A model generated the notes under the pieces. The model saw nothing but the letters and a program-made list of their open reading frames with translations. It had not been told where the DNA came from and made no database searches. Positions 8,440-19,024 of a DNA stretch of 64,000 nt are shown piece by piece. The stretch's first letter is position 1; each line of letters begins with the position of its first letter. The stretch is from an uncultured Chloroflexia bacterium (GTDB taxonomy: Bacteria > Chloroflexota > Ktedonobacteria > Ktedonobacterales > JADMIN01), in the NCBI GenBank assembly GCA_963841205.1, contig CAWJCH010000015.1, positions 400,958-464,957 on the forward strand. The letters run 5' to 3'. Position numbers and translations under genes: made by a program.

Positions 8440-11136
8440 TTATTGGCGCACAGAGGCAACGGCTGCGCCCACCAGCGCCAGCACGTCCGCAGTCTGCGTC
8501 AGCTCCGTCAGGATCACGATAGTACCGAACGCGTCGTCGTCATGCGGGCTATGCACCACCTTGACCACCTTAGCAGCCCCATTGAGGTAGACGGTAGACG
8601 GCAGCAAGAGCCGCCCAACGCCCTCACGTCCTGGCGGCACGAGCTTGGCGAACGTGCGGCTGTTCTCGCCTGGGGTGAAATACGTGATCGTCGCGCTGTC
8701 CGTCACGGCGTGCAGCCCCAACGCGCGGATGCCATCATGGACCGCGCGCAGCACCGGCGCGCGATGCGTCCACTCCGGCATGTCGGCTGTCACCTTCTGC
8801 GGCTGCGGCCACACGTCCGGGAAGGGCACCGTGCCGAGCGACGTACCCTGCTCGATATGGCGGCACAGCTCGCCCAGCAGGCGAATCGCCTCGCCGTAGA
8901 GCACCGCCGCCGACTCCTTCTTCTTCTCGAAGGAGAGGCGCACCAGCAGCGCGCTGGCGCAGGCCAGCCAGAAACGTGCACGCCAGGTCGCGTCGTGCCG
9001 TTCTGTGGCGAACGCGCCCGTCAGATCGAAGATCCGCTTTTGGAAATGGACCGTCGCCTCGCGTCCCAACGGCTTATAACGCACCGCATTCTCCGCGACG
9101 CCAGTATCGTCCTTGCTCGGGAAGACGATCTCGCCGGGCTGCAAGCCAAAATCCGCATCGGGTTGCGCGAGGCGCCGCCCCACACAGACATCGGCGAGCA
9201 AGGTGCCGAGGTCGGCCAGGTAGTCGCCGGTGCGCGAGAGCTTATCCAGATCGATCAGCTTGGCACTACAATAGTCCGCGTCGAGCATGATGTTGCCCGA
9301 ATGCAGATCGCCGTGCGTCATGCCCAACTGGCGCGGCTGGAGCGTCGACGTGCTGCGCGAGACGATGCCGAGGTAGTATTCGAGCTCGCGGTGCCGGGTG
9401 TCGTTGACCGTGAACTCTTGCGCGGCGCTCTTCAGCCAGGGCACGTTGGCGACGCCGCGCAGCAGCTTCGCCTCGATCGGCGCGATGTAGAGCCGCGCGA
9501 TGTGCGAGCCCGGCAGCGACGCGCGCGGAACGGCGGTCTCGCGGAAGAGCGCGAACGTACTGCCACTCACCGTCGCTGCCACTTGCTCCAGCGACCAGCG
9601 ATGCTCCTCGGAGAGCCGTCGCTGATCGAGCCGTTGCAACACGGACGAGAGCGGCTGATAGTCGGTGAGGTCCTCCATCGCCAGGTAATAGGTCTGCGTC
9701 TCGCCCGACTTGTAGACCTGCGCGTCGGAGGGTTGGCGCACGAAGTACTCGCGGAGTGAGTCGGGAAGCTGCTGATAATTGGCGATGGCCGTGGCGAAAG
9801 CATCTGTCGTGCTGCGCTTGACGATGACAGACGCCTCCGGCATCACGTTGTGGATGCCGTGGCGGCCGTTGTTGCTCCCCAGCATGGGATACCAGTAGTG
9901 GAAGGGCACGCGGTAGACCTGCGCGTCGGTGTGGCCTCCCGACAGTTCCTGGATGCCGCCAAGCTCCACCGAGAGCCGCTCGCGGATCACATGCTTCAAT
10001 TCAGCGTTGAAAGCATTTTCGCTCAACTCGCGTCGCCGCTTGGCCTCGCGCAGGTAGCGTGCCGCGATGCCGCGCGCAAGCTCGGCGTCGCCGTAGCGCG
10101 TGACGATCAGCCGCATGACGAGCGTGTGATGCCCGATGCCCCAGGCGCGCATCTTCTCCGGCTTCAGATAGATGGACCGCACGTAGCGCAGGAGGGCGTT
10201 CAGGGCCTCTCGGACCTCCGCGACGCGGAGGGCGTGGTCGGCGAGCTGCAACGCGGCATAGAGCGACTGAAGGATGTCCCCCCCACTGGCGGATGGGCGT
10301 CCCATGACGGCATCGATCAGATAGGCAACGGCGCTGTTCAGGCGCGTCTTCGGCACCCCGGAGAGTCCGATATCGTGGAGCAGACCCCACGCGTAGCTGA
10401 GCTCGCGGGCGTCTATCTTGATCAGTGGGCCACTCGTCTGCGCGCGCTCTTTGCCGGACGTGGCAGGCTCTGCCGAGCGGTCCACCGCACGCCAATTGCG
10501 GAAATGTTTGCGAACCGCGCCCTGGATGGCCTCAAAGCGACGGTCGGCGCAGACCTCGCGCCGAAGTCCCGCCTGCTCCAACGTGACCAGCGTGTCGAGC
10601 ACGATGCAGGTCGTCAGCACGTCCGACTCGGTCACGCCGCGAACCATGCCACCGTTCTCTTTTTGTAGCAGATCGGCGAAATCCGCGCGGACGGTCGCAT
10701 CGTCGAAGGCCCCGAGATAGGCAAGCGTCTTGAAACGACTTGGATAGAGGCGCGTGCGGTCGCGCTCCGCAGGCTCAAGGCCGTGCGGGAGGCGCAGGTT
10801 GACCAACCAGACTAGCGCCTGATCCACGATATGCGCGCTCTCAACGTCGAAGCTGAGGCGGTGGAGCACTTCCGCCGCGTGGCACGTGCGCCGCAGGCTG
10901 TCGTGGACATCACGCCCCGGCCAGCACGACTCGCGCGGATCGAATGCCTCTCTGAGCGCCAACTGGAGCGCCGCGGCGAGGGCCGCGTCCGCCTCCTCTT
11001 CCGTCTCGGCATCCAGGTCCAACGCGAGCCGCGAAAACGCTTCGTCGTCCGTCACCCGCGCACTCCCTCGCCTCCTCAGCCCGCGCCAAGCGATCAGCGC
11101 CGCTCGCATTGTACTCGATACCAACACGGTCTCCAA
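8440..11136 (-). CDS. Multidomain APH/kinase-like phosphotransferase
   Basis: Gly-loop LSGGHTDAQVY, VIVK, and HGDLHSGNIML...LIDLD motifs. Long helical N-terminal region. Confidence 0.75.
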   Translation of the reverse strand: METVLVSSTMRAALIAWRGLRRRGSARVTDDEAFSRLALDLDAETEEEADAALAAALQLALREAFDPRESCWPGRDVHDSLRRTCHAAEVLHRLSFDVESAHIVDQALVWLVNLRLPHGLEPAERDRTRLYPSRFKTLAYLGAFDDATVRADFADLLQKENGGMVRGVTESDVLTTCIVLDTLVTLEQAGLRREVCADRRFEAIQGAVRKHFRNWRAVDRSAEPATSGKERAQTSGPLIKIDARELSYAWGLLHDIGLSGVPKTRLNSAVAYLIDAVMGRPSASGGDILQSLYAALQLADHALRVAEVREALNALLRYVRSIYLKPEKMRAWGIGHHTLVMRLIVTRYGDAELARGIAARYLREAKRRRELSENAFNAELKHVIRERLSVELGGIQELSGGHTDAQVYRVPFHYWYPMLGSNNGRHGIHNVMPEASVIVKRSTTDAFATAIANYQQLPDSLREYFVRQPSDAQVYKSGETQTYYLAMEDLTDYQPLSSVLQRLDQRRLSEEHRWSLEQVAATVSGSTFALFRETAVPRASLPGSHIARLYIAPIEAKLLRGVANVPWLKSAAQEFTVNDTRHRELEYYLGIVSRSTSTLQPRQLGMTHGDLHSGNIMLDADYCSAKLIDLDKLSRTGDYLADLGTLLADVCVGRRLAQPDADFGLQPGEIVFPSKDDTGVAENAVRYKPLGREATVHFQKRIFDLTGAFATERHDATWRARFWLACASALLVRLSFEKKKESAAVLYGEAIRLLGELCRHIEQGTSLGTVPFPDVWPQPQKVTADMPEWTHRAPVLRAVHDGIRALGLHAVTDSATITYFTPGENSRTFAKLVPPGREGVGRLLLPSTVYLNGAAKVVKVVHSPHDDDAFGTIVILTELTQTADVLALVGAAVASVRQ

Positions 11137-11304
11137 CTTTGAGACGCCCGGCGAGCGCTCCGCGCCACGCGGTACAATGGCGTAATAGACCCGGCGCGGG
11201 CGATCGGCAGGAGCGTCCCGCGTGCAGATACGAGACAGCGCCGTAGAGAGAGCCGCTTGCGGCCACGGCTGAGGGGCCGCGATGCCCGAAGGAGATTGGA
11301 TGCT

Positions 11305-12885
11305 ATGGTGACGGCGAATCGCACGTCAACGACGACGCCGGCGGAGTTTGTCAACGAAGCGGTGCTCGACTTCGGCAATTCAACCCACGGGGCAGCGCAA
11401 GAGGCGGCGCTACGGCGCGTGGAGTCGGAGCTGGGCGCGACGTTTCCGCTGATCATCGGCGGCGAGCGACGCGCGAAGGCGGAGACCTTCGCCTCGATCA
11501 ATCCCGCGCAGCCGACGCAGGTCGTGGCGCGCTTCGCCAAGGCCACCGCCGCTGAGGCCGACGAGGCGATCCAGTCCGCCTGGCGCACCTTCCAGACCTG
11601 GCAATTCGCTCCCGCCAGCGAGCGGGCGGGCTACCTCTTCGAGGCGGCACGGCTGCTCCGCGAGGAGCGCTATTACTTCAACGCCCTGATGATCTACGAG
11701 GTGGGCAAGAGTTGGGTCGAGGCCGACGCCGACACCGCCGAGGCGATCGACTTCCTCGAATTCTACGGGCGCGAGGCGCTGCGCTACGGCGGCGCGCAAC
11801 CCGTCACGCAGATCCCGACGGAGGAGAGCGAGCTGCGCTACATCCCACTCGGCGTCGGCGTGGTCATCCCACCGTGGAATTTCGCCTGCGCCATCATGGT
11901 CGGCCTCACCACCTCGGCGCTCGTCGCCGGCAACACCGTCGTGCTGAAGCCCGCCAGCACCGCCGCGCTCGTCGCCGCACGCTTCGTCGAGCTGTTGGAG
12001 CGCGCCGGGCTGCCCGCGGGTGTCGTCAACTTCTTGCCGGGGCCGGGCGGAGCGATGGGCGACGCGCTCGTCGATCATCCGCTGACGCGCTTCGTCTCGT
12101 TCACCGGCTCGCGCGACGTCGGCCTGCGCATCCACGAGCGCGCGGCGAAGCAGCAGCCCGGACAGAAGTGGATCAAGCGCACGATCCTCGAGATGGGCGG
12201 CAAAGACTCCATCCTGGTCGATGAGACCGCGGACTTGGAGGCCGCCGCCGCCGCCATCGTGGCCTCGGCGTTCGGCTTCCAGGGGCAAAAGTGCTCCGCA
12301 TGCTCGCGCGCCATCCTCGTGGACGCGGTCTACGACACGGTGATACAGAAGGTGGTCGAGAAAGCGCGCGCATTGACGGTCGGACCGACGGTCGAGCCGC
12401 GCAACGCCGTGGGCGCGGTGATCGACGAGAGCGCGTTCAAGAAGATTCGGGACTACATCGAGGTTGGGCGCAACGAGGGCACGCTGTTACTCGGCGGCGA
12501 GGCGCAGCAGGGCGGCGGCTATTTCATTCCCCCGACGATCTTCGGCGATGTCGCGCCGGATGCCCGCATCGCGCAGGAGGAGATCTTTGGGCCGGTGCTC
12601 GCGGTGATCCGCGCGAAGGACTTCGAAGACGGGCTGGCGATCGCCAACAACACCGAGTACGGCTTGACGGGATCGTTCTTCTCGGGTGACCGCGAGCGGA
12701 TCGAGCGGTCGGAGCGCGATTTCTTCGTCGGCAACCTCTACATCAACCGTAAGTGCACTGGTGCGTTGGTCGGCGTCCATCCCTTCGGCGGCTTCAACAT
12801 GTCTGGCACAGACTCCAAGGCCGGCGGACGCGACTATCTGCTGCTCTTCAGCCAGGCAAAGGCCATTTCCGAGAAGGTGCGCTAG
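11305..12885 (+). CDS. pruA: L-glutamate gamma-semialdehyde (1-pyrroline-5-carboxylate) dehydrogenase
   Basis: EADADTAEAIDFLEFY, PPWNF, FTGS, EMGGK, GQKCSACSR, PFGGFNMSGTDSKAGG. AAGGAG RBS upstream. Confidence 0.93.
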   Translation: MVTANRTSTTTPAEFVNEAVLDFGNSTHGAAQEAALRRVESELGATFPLIIGGERRAKAETFASINPAQPTQVVARFAKATAAEADEAIQSAWRTFQTWQFAPASERAGYLFEAARLLREERYYFNALMIYEVGKSWVEADADTAEAIDFLEFYGREALRYGGAQPVTQIPTEESELRYIPLGVGVVIPPWNFACAIMVGLTTSALVAGNTVVLKPASTAALVAARFVELLERAGLPAGVVNFLPGPGGAMGDALVDHPLTRFVSFTGSRDVGLRIHERAAKQQPGQKWIKRTILEMGGKDSILVDETADLEAAAAAIVASAFGFQGQKCSACSRAILVDAVYDTVIQKVVEKARALTVGPTVEPRNAVGAVIDESAFKKIRDYIEVGRNEGTLLLGGEAQQGGGYFIPPTIFGDVAPDARIAQEEIFGPVLAVIRAKDFEDGLAIANNTEYGLTGSFFSGDRERIERSERDFFVGNLYINRKCTGALVGVHPFGGFNMSGTDSKAGGRDYLLLFSQAKAISEKVR

Positions 12886-13021
12886 CGCCCGATTCGGCCA
12901 CCAGTCGCTCGCGCATCGAGTCCGACGGCTGGAGCTGGCAATTGCCGGCTTGTGCGCCTCGCACAACGCCACTATACTGCCATGCAAATGGGCAGGGGTC
13001 GAGTTGTGCGGGGCTATATAC

Positions 13022-13612
13022 ATGTCCATTCGGCCTACGAGCGTCATGGAACGCATACTTCGGTCGCGCCTTTATCTTCCCGCGTCGATTGTGCTGTCGT
13101 TGGTGCTCATCGCTAGTTCATCGGTGCTGCTGTTGGTGCGGGTAGGCCAGTGGCCACCAACCTTTGGCGCAACGTCCCCCGCGCTGGTGATCACCAGGCC
13201 GAGCGCCACGCCCGTGACGATACACGCCTCGGTGCTGGGGGCGGTGCTGGTGCCCGGGAACTATCCCCTCGCCGAAGGCTCGACCCTCAGCGACCTGATT
13301 GAAGCAGCGGGTGGCCCGCAAGCCGATGCCGACCTGAGCCAACTCGACGTCTCAACTGAGCTATTGGACGCGCAATCCATCTACGTGCCGCACGTCGGCG
13401 AAACGCCGCCAGTGCTTGTCGGCGGCAAAGTGAATCTCAACCTCGCCACCGCAGCCAAGCTCCACGACGCGCTCGACATCAGCATCACCGAGGCGAAACG
13501 GATCGTCAACTACCGCGGGCAACATGGCAAGTTCCAGTCGGTGAGCGATCTGCTGCTCGTGCCCGTCAACCAGACGATCTTCGACCGCATCAAGTCCCTG
13601 GTGACGGTCTGA
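13022..13612 (+). CDS. comEA: ComEA-family DNA-binding protein (TM + SLBB + HhH)
   Basis: N-terminal TM helix, GAVLVPGNY...LIEAAGG SLBB domain, VNLNLATAAKL...AKRIVNYR..HGKF HhH domain. Confidence 0.8.
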   Translation: MSIRPTSVMERILRSRLYLPASIVLSLVLIASSSVLLLVRVGQWPPTFGATSPALVITRPSATPVTIHASVLGAVLVPGNYPLAEGSTLSDLIEAAGGPQADADLSQLDVSTELLDAQSIYVPHVGETPPVLVGGKVNLNLATAAKLHDALDISITEAKRIVNYRGQHGKFQSVSDLLLVPVNQTIFDRIKSLVTV

Positions 13613-13735
13613 CAAACCATCGAGTGGTGCGGTGCTTGCCGCGACAACTACGAATGGGATGCCCGTAAGAGACCGCCGAAGCGACATGATGCGTGAGCTT
13701 GCTCCGTGACGCGATTTCCCATAGGTGTGACTGAC

Positions 13736-14371
13736 ATGGAGACAAATGGAGGGCGGCGCACGGTCGGCATCGTGTTGGCAGGCGGCAGAAGCGCGCGCAT
13801 GGGGAGGAGCAAGGCCGCACTCGACATCGGCGGCGCACCGCTCCTTACGCGCGTTGTCGGGCGGCTGCGACAAGCGGTGCAAGATGTCATCATAGTCGGT
13901 CAGCCCGATCTGCAATCGCTCGTCCCTGGCGTGCCGGTGCTTCCAGATCTGCACCCTGGAAGAGGCCCGCTGAGCGGGCTGGAGTCGGCGCTGGCGGCCG
14001 CCGCTGGCCAAAGTGCCACCAGCGTGTTCGTCGTCGCCTGCGACATGCCCTTCGTCTCCCCGCGACTCATCCGGCACATGGCAGACTTGGTTGAGGCCCA
14101 GCCGACCGCTCAAGTCATCATCCTGCGCAGCGCCCACGGACTTGAATACCTGCATGCGCTCTACGCCGTGAACTGTCTGCCCGCGATTCGTGCGCGGCTC
14201 GATAGCGGCTCGCGTTCGCTCCGAGGGCTACTCGACGAGTTGCGCATCCACGAGGTCGGCGGCGGCGAGGCGGCTGAGTTTGATCCTTCGGGACTCTCGG
14301 CCTTTAACGCCAACACACCCCAGGAATGGCAGCGCGCGCTGACCTTGGCGAGCGAAATCGACAAACGCTAG
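13736..14371 (+). CDS. mobA: Molybdenum cofactor guanylyltransferase
   Basis: VLAGGRSARMGRSKA, GPLSGL, VACDMPF, NANTPQE. Confidence 0.9.
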   Translation: METNGGRRTVGIVLAGGRSARMGRSKAALDIGGAPLLTRVVGRLRQAVQDVIIVGQPDLQSLVPGVPVLPDLHPGRGPLSGLESALAAAAGQSATSVFVVACDMPFVSPRLIRHMADLVEAQPTAQVIILRSAHGLEYLHALYAVNCLPAIRARLDSGSRSLRGLLDELRIHEVGGGEAAEFDPSGLSAFNANTPQEWQRALTLASEIDKR

Positions 14372-14453
14372 AGCTGATACTGCTCGATCGATCACCGACG
14401 AGACCCGTTACTTTCCGTGTACCTCCGTTGTCTCGACGTTTCCTCTGGACTCC

Positions 14454-17171
14454 TCACTCCCGAGTTGTCGCCTGCGCCGGGCGTTTCGCCGGCGTGCGCC
14501 CGTCCGCGGCAACGGGCGCCGTCGTCCCGTTGGAGCCTCCATTGCCCAGTCTGGCCTCCAGCGCATCCAGCCGATCGCGCAGCGTCCGATTCTCGCCGCG
14601 CAGCTCATCCAGATCGCCATGCAGGCGCCGCAACTCCTCGCGCTCGCTGCGTCCGCGCTCTAGCGCCGCCACCGCGACGCGTGCGGAGCGTATCACCCGC
14701 TCGTCGGGATGTCGCTCGATGACGCGTCGGAGTTCCGGCACCGCCCGCGCGTCGCCCCACGCCCGCAAGGCGCTGATGGTGTAACGCAACGCCCACTCCC
14801 ACGGATCGTTCAGCGCCTCGATCAGCACCTGCACCGCCTGGGAACGCACCGCGTCATCCGTAACCTGCCCGGTCCGTGCCAGCACCCAGAGGCCGTGGGC
14901 CGCTCCTGCCCGCGAGTCCATCGGCTTGCCGAGATCGCGCACCCATGCCGATAGCATCTCAACCGAACGCGGGTCGCCTAGCTCCCCTAATCCCACGAAG
15001 ACGCCCTCGCGCAGGATATCGAGCCAAGAGCTACAATCGATCTGTTTCACCAGCGCCTCGAACGCCCCCGGCGTGCGCGTCTTGCCGAGCGCCTCCGCCG
15101 TCGCGGCCAACACGTGATAGCTCGGCTCGTCGCCTTCCAGCACGGCCAGCAACGCTGCCCCCGCTTGCTCCGCCAGATCCGCCTGCTCCGGCGTGCGGAA
15201 TGCGCCAAGTGCGCGCACCAGCGCCCGCCGCACCTTCGCGTCATCCTCGCGACCGAGCGCCTCCAGCAGCGCCTCTAGCGCCTGGGCGCTCTTCAGTGTC
15301 GCCAGCGCCTCCGCGACCGCCCCGCGCACCGCCCAGAATGGTTCTTCCCGTAATGCCGCGACCAACGCCTCGGCACTCGTCACGTCACTCTTCTTGCCCA
15401 GCGCCTCCGCCGCCTCGATGCGCCCCAGCACATCAGGATCGTGCCGCAGTTGGTGTCGCAGCAGCTCCGCGGAACGCTCGAAGTCCAGCGTCTTCAGCAC
15501 CCACCCGCCCTGGTCGAAGCGCACCGCGCGCGGCCTCGCCTCCAGCACGAACGAGAACGACTGCTGCGCCTCCTCCACCATCACGCGATGCGTCACCAGC
15601 CGCGCCTCGTCGCCGTCGGACAGCAGAAATCCGATATCGATCGGCGTCGTGAAGAGCGGCGTGCGCTCGTCCACCAGTTGCGTCTGCGCCACCGTCAGCC
15701 GCGCCGTCCGATGCTCGTCGTCCCAGGCGTACGTCACTTTGAACTCGGGGTGCCCAGCCTTGTAGAGCCACTGCTCGAAGAACTGTGCCAGGCTCCTCCC
15801 CGTTGCTTCCTCCATCGCCCGCTCGAAATCCGCCGTGATCACCTCGCGCCCCGCGTTGCGCCGCGTGTAGAGCTGGATGCCCCGCCAGAACGGCTCGTCT
15901 CCGACCACCTGCCGCAGCATGTGCAGCACGCACGCCGCCTTGTTGTAGGGGTGCATGTCGAAGAGCTCGTCGCCGTTCTTCCTCGTCACGCCGTAAACGA
16001 TCGGCCGCCTCCCCCGCGCGTCCGCTGCCAGATAACCGTGCGCCTCGTCGCGCATCGTCGCGCGAAACTCATCCTCGCCCCGGTCGAACTGCTCCCAGCA
16101 GTTGCAGAAATAGGTCGCGAAGCCCTCCTTCAGCCACGTCTGGCTCCAATCGCGGACGGCGATCAGGTCGCCGTGCCATTGATGCACCAACTCATGGGCC
16201 ACCGTCGGTTCGGGCGAGTACGCAAGGCTCGCGCGCTCGTCGGCCAGCAGCCGATACGTGTGCGTCGTTGCGCTGGCGTTCTCCATCGCGCCCAGGTATT
16301 GCTGCACCACCGTCTGCGCATACTTCGGGTAGGGATACGACACGCCGAACCGCTCGGAGAAGTATTCGATCATGCGCGGCGTCTTGCCCATCATGCGCCT
16401 GCCGTCGTCCTCGCGGCCCTGCGGCACGTAGAAGTTCACTGGCACGTCGCGCCACGCATCCTCGATCTCGGCGAACTGGCCCGCGACCAGCGTCAGCAGA
16501 TACGCCGGATAGGGTACGTCCATCCGCCAGGCAAACGTCTTCGTGCCGTCGGCGTTCTCGCGCACCTCTTCTAGCCGCCCATTTGAGATCACGCGGAAGT
16601 TCCCCGGCACGGTGCAGTTCAGCGCCGTCGTAGCGCGGTCATTCGGATAGTCATGGCATGGGAACCAATAGTGGTGATACTCCGTCTCGCCCATGCTCCA
16701 CGCCTGCACCGGCAACCCCGGATCGCCCTTCGTCGGCGCGACGAACGTGAATCCCGTCCGCGGTTGAGCGCTGTACTCCACCCGCACGACGATCTCTTCG
16801 CCGTGTCGATACGTCCGGTCGAGCTGTGCCCGCAGTTTCTCGCCCTCCACCCAGAATTCCAACTCGCCAGTGGACCCTTCCAGGCGCACCTGCGTCACGC
16901 GCAGTTCGGCGGCGTCGAAGCTGATCTGCCCCAGCTCCTCGAAAAGCACCACGAAGGTCGTCGTCACCGACCCGCGTACCGTCCGCGTCTCGAAGTCCAG
17001 CGTGAGGTCGAGGTCCACATGCCGCACATCCACGGGCCGATCGGGCGCGTAGGCCATGCGGTCGCCGGGCAATGCATATTCGGGATAGCCAGCCGACTCG
17101 ACGGCCGCCTCATGCGCCTCCATCACCGAATTCGCGTCAAATTGGCATCCGTCGGCGAAGATATTTGGCAT
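14454..17171 (-). CDS. M1 family aminopeptidase with C-terminal HEAT repeats and coiled coil
   Basis: GAMEN and HELVH-x18-E motifs, HEAT-like repeats, terminal coiled coil. Confidence 0.92.
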   Translation of the reverse strand: MPNIFADGCQFDANSVMEAHEAAVESAGYPEYALPGDRMAYAPDRPVDVRHVDLDLTLDFETRTVRGSVTTTFVVLFEELGQISFDAAELRVTQVRLEGSTGELEFWVEGEKLRAQLDRTYRHGEEIVVRVEYSAQPRTGFTFVAPTKGDPGLPVQAWSMGETEYHHYWFPCHDYPNDRATTALNCTVPGNFRVISNGRLEEVRENADGTKTFAWRMDVPYPAYLLTLVAGQFAEIEDAWRDVPVNFYVPQGREDDGRRMMGKTPRMIEYFSERFGVSYPYPKYAQTVVQQYLGAMENASATTHTYRLLADERASLAYSPEPTVAHELVHQWHGDLIAVRDWSQTWLKEGFATYFCNCWEQFDRGEDEFRATMRDEAHGYLAADARGRRPIVYGVTRKNGDELFDMHPYNKAACVLHMLRQVVGDEPFWRGIQLYTRRNAGREVITADFERAMEEATGRSLAQFFEQWLYKAGHPEFKVTYAWDDEHRTARLTVAQTQLVDERTPLFTTPIDIGFLLSDGDEARLVTHRVMVEEAQQSFSFVLEARPRAVRFDQGGWVLKTLDFERSAELLRHQLRHDPDVLGRIEAAEALGKKSDVTSAEALVAALREEPFWAVRGAVAEALATLKSAQALEALLEALGREDDAKVRRALVRALGAFRTPEQADLAEQAGAALLAVLEGDEPSYHVLAATAEALGKTRTPGAFEALVKQIDCSSWLDILREGVFVGLGELGDPRSVEMLSAWVRDLGKPMDSRAGAAHGLWVLARTGQVTDDAVRSQAVQVLIEALNDPWEWALRYTISALRAWGDARAVPELRRVIERHPDERVIRSARVAVAALERGRSEREELRRLHGDLDELRGENRTLRDRLDALEARLGNGGSNGTTAPVAADGRTPAKRPAQATTRE

Positions 17172-17579
17172 CTCCCAGCTCCTTCTTTCGTCGTGTCGGG
17201 CGCCACGGCGAGTAGCAATCGGGTGTTAGATGGGCGTCTTACCACTGTAGTGCAGTCCCGCGCATCTCGTCAATTCACCTGCGCGTTCACCGCCCAACTC
17301 CGCCTTGGCCTCAGCGAGTCACTATCGCCCGATGCGCACTACTTCTTTCACTCTCTCCATCTCTCTTCTGCCCACTATGCACTCCACGTGCGCTGTGGTT
17401 AAATCTCCATAGGCCTTTCGCGTGCTTCGCGTTTCAGCTCAGGTACAGATGCATGCTTGCCGAGGCTATGCTACAATGGCGCGCAATGCGAGCGCGGGCA
17501 GCGTGTGCCGCCGTCGCTGGAATGGGACGAGGGACTTCGGCGCGGGCCACGAGCCAGCGAGAACTGACGAGGAGCAGGC

Positions 17580-18671
17580 ATGAGCCGCTACAGCACGATC
17601 ACCGGGTGGGGCATGCAGGTGCCCGAGAAGATCATGACCAACGCGGATTTCGAGCGCATTATCGACACCTCCGACGAATGGATCACCTCGCGCACGGGTA
17701 TCAAGCAGCGGCACATCGCTGGTCCCGGCGAGACGGCCTCTACCCTCGCCATCGCCGCAGGCCGTAAGGCGCTGGAACGCGCGGGCATCGAAGGCAAAGA
17801 CCTCGGACTCATCATCGTCGCCACCGTCTGCCCAGACTATCCCTTCCCGTCCACCGCCAACCTCGTCCAGCACGCGCTCGGCGCGCAGTGCGGCGCCTTC
17901 GACATGCAGGCGGCGTGCAGCGGCTTCCTCTACGGACTCTCCACCGCGCACCAGTTCATCGCCAACGGCAATGTCAAGCACGCGCTGATCATCGGCGTCG
18001 AGATCCTGTCGCGCGTCGTCGACATGCAGGACCGCACCACCTGCGTCCTCTTCGGCGACGGCGCGGGGGCCGTGGTATTGAGCACCAGCGACGAGCCAGG
18101 CGGCGTGCTCGGCTACACCATCGGCAGCGACGGCGCCCGCCCCGACTTCCTCTGGATTCCCGCTGGCGGCTCCGCCGAGCCGATCACCCACGAATCGCTC
18201 GATCAGCATCGCCAGTACGTCCAGATGCAGGGCGCTGAGGTCTTCAAGTTCGCCACGCGCATTATGGGCACCGCGATGGAAGAGGCGCTGGCGAACGCCG
18301 GCATGACCGCCGCCGAGATGGACCTCTTCATCCCGCACCAGGCGAACCTGCGCATCATCGAGGCCGCCTCTAAGCGCCTCAACCTGCCGCCGGAGAAGGT
18401 CTTCGTCAACATCCACGACTACGGCAACACTTCCGCCGCCGCGATCCCCATCGCACTCTGCGAGGCCATCGACCAGGGCCGCGTCTACCCCGGCGCGCAC
18501 CTCGGCATGGTCGCCTTCGGCGCCGGACTGACCTGGGCCGCCGCCGTGGTGAAGTGGACCGCACCTCTGCCCACCCTTCGAAAGGTGGCCAGTTTGGTGC
18601 AGAATCATGCCGATGACACCTTGGCAGGACGCGCGAATGGCAAGCGTCATGCGACAACGGCTAAGGCATAA
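17580..18671 (+). CDS. fabH: 3-oxoacyl-ACP synthase III; C-terminal tail after the attachment site is supplied by the integrated element
   Basis: DTSDEWI, AACSGF, LFGDGAGA, PHQAN, GNTSAA, FGAGLTW. RBS GAGGAG. Confidence 0.96.
   Translation: MSRYSTITGWGMQVPEKIMTNADFERIIDTSDEWITSRTGIKQRHIAGPGETASTLAIAAGRKALERAGIEGKDLGLIIVATVCPDYPFPSTANLVQHALGAQCGAFDMQAACSGFLYGLSTAHQFIANGNVKHALIIGVEILSRVVDMQDRTTCVLFGDGAGAVVLSTSDEPGGVLGYTIGSDGARPDFLWIPAGGSAEPITHESLDQHRQYVQMQGAEVFKFATRIMGTAMEEALANAGMTAAEMDLFIPHQANLRIIEAASKRLNLPPEKVFVNIHDYGNTSAAAIPIALCEAIDQGRVYPGAHLGMVAFGAGLTWAAAVVKWTAPLPTLRKVASLVQNHADDTLAGRANGKRHATTAKA
18552..18565 (+). repeat. Left attachment-site core AAGTGGACCGCACC (inside fabH)
   Basis: Identical to 24434-24447. 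Encodes K-W-T-A-P in the fabH frame. Confidence 0.9.
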
Positions 18672-18772
18672 CTAGCGCCAAGTCCGTTTAACGCCAACAG
18701 GGCCGTCCGAACCAAAATTCGGCGGCCCTGTTGGCAACGGTTATTGATGCCTCTGAGTACTCGTCTGCTTAT

Positions 18773-19024
18773 CAGCTCGCGCGGCGTGAAGACCCCTGGC
18801 TTGAGCCATGGGGAGGAAACGCCGCGCGCCGTCAGGCGCTCCCGACCACCGGACACCAACCGACCAGGTGTGCGATACGTACGCTCTACCGCAGGGCCTG
18901 CGGGAAGGTACGCGTGTGGAGGTGGCTTCGGGCCACGACAGGACCGTGTACGACGCTCCTAGCTCGCTAGGTGAGCGGTGGTCAGCCCAAGAATCCCCCG
19001 GCTTCAGCCGTGGGGAGTGGTCAA
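18773..19024 (+). mobile_element. Non-autonomous IS200/IS605-family mini-element retaining a TnpB reRNA-like right end
   Basis: Left hairpin CCCCTGGCTTGAGCCATGGGG. Internal CCGCAGGGCCTGCGGGAAGGTACGCGTGTGGAG. Right end GAATCCCCCGGCTTCAGCCGTGGGGAGTGGTCAA. No transposase ORF. Left boundary approximate. Confidence 0.75.

Noticed and set aside
6909-9759. Long antisense ORFs (e.g. 6909-8237 minus, 8443-9759 plus) and similar ones throughout
   Set aside because: Typical stop-poor antisense frames of high-GC genes with no motifs.
18650-18671. Element-derived tail ending ...ATTAKA as a protease degradation tag
   Set aside because: Ala-rich, but not a match to the ssrA consensus; kept only as a hypothesis to test.
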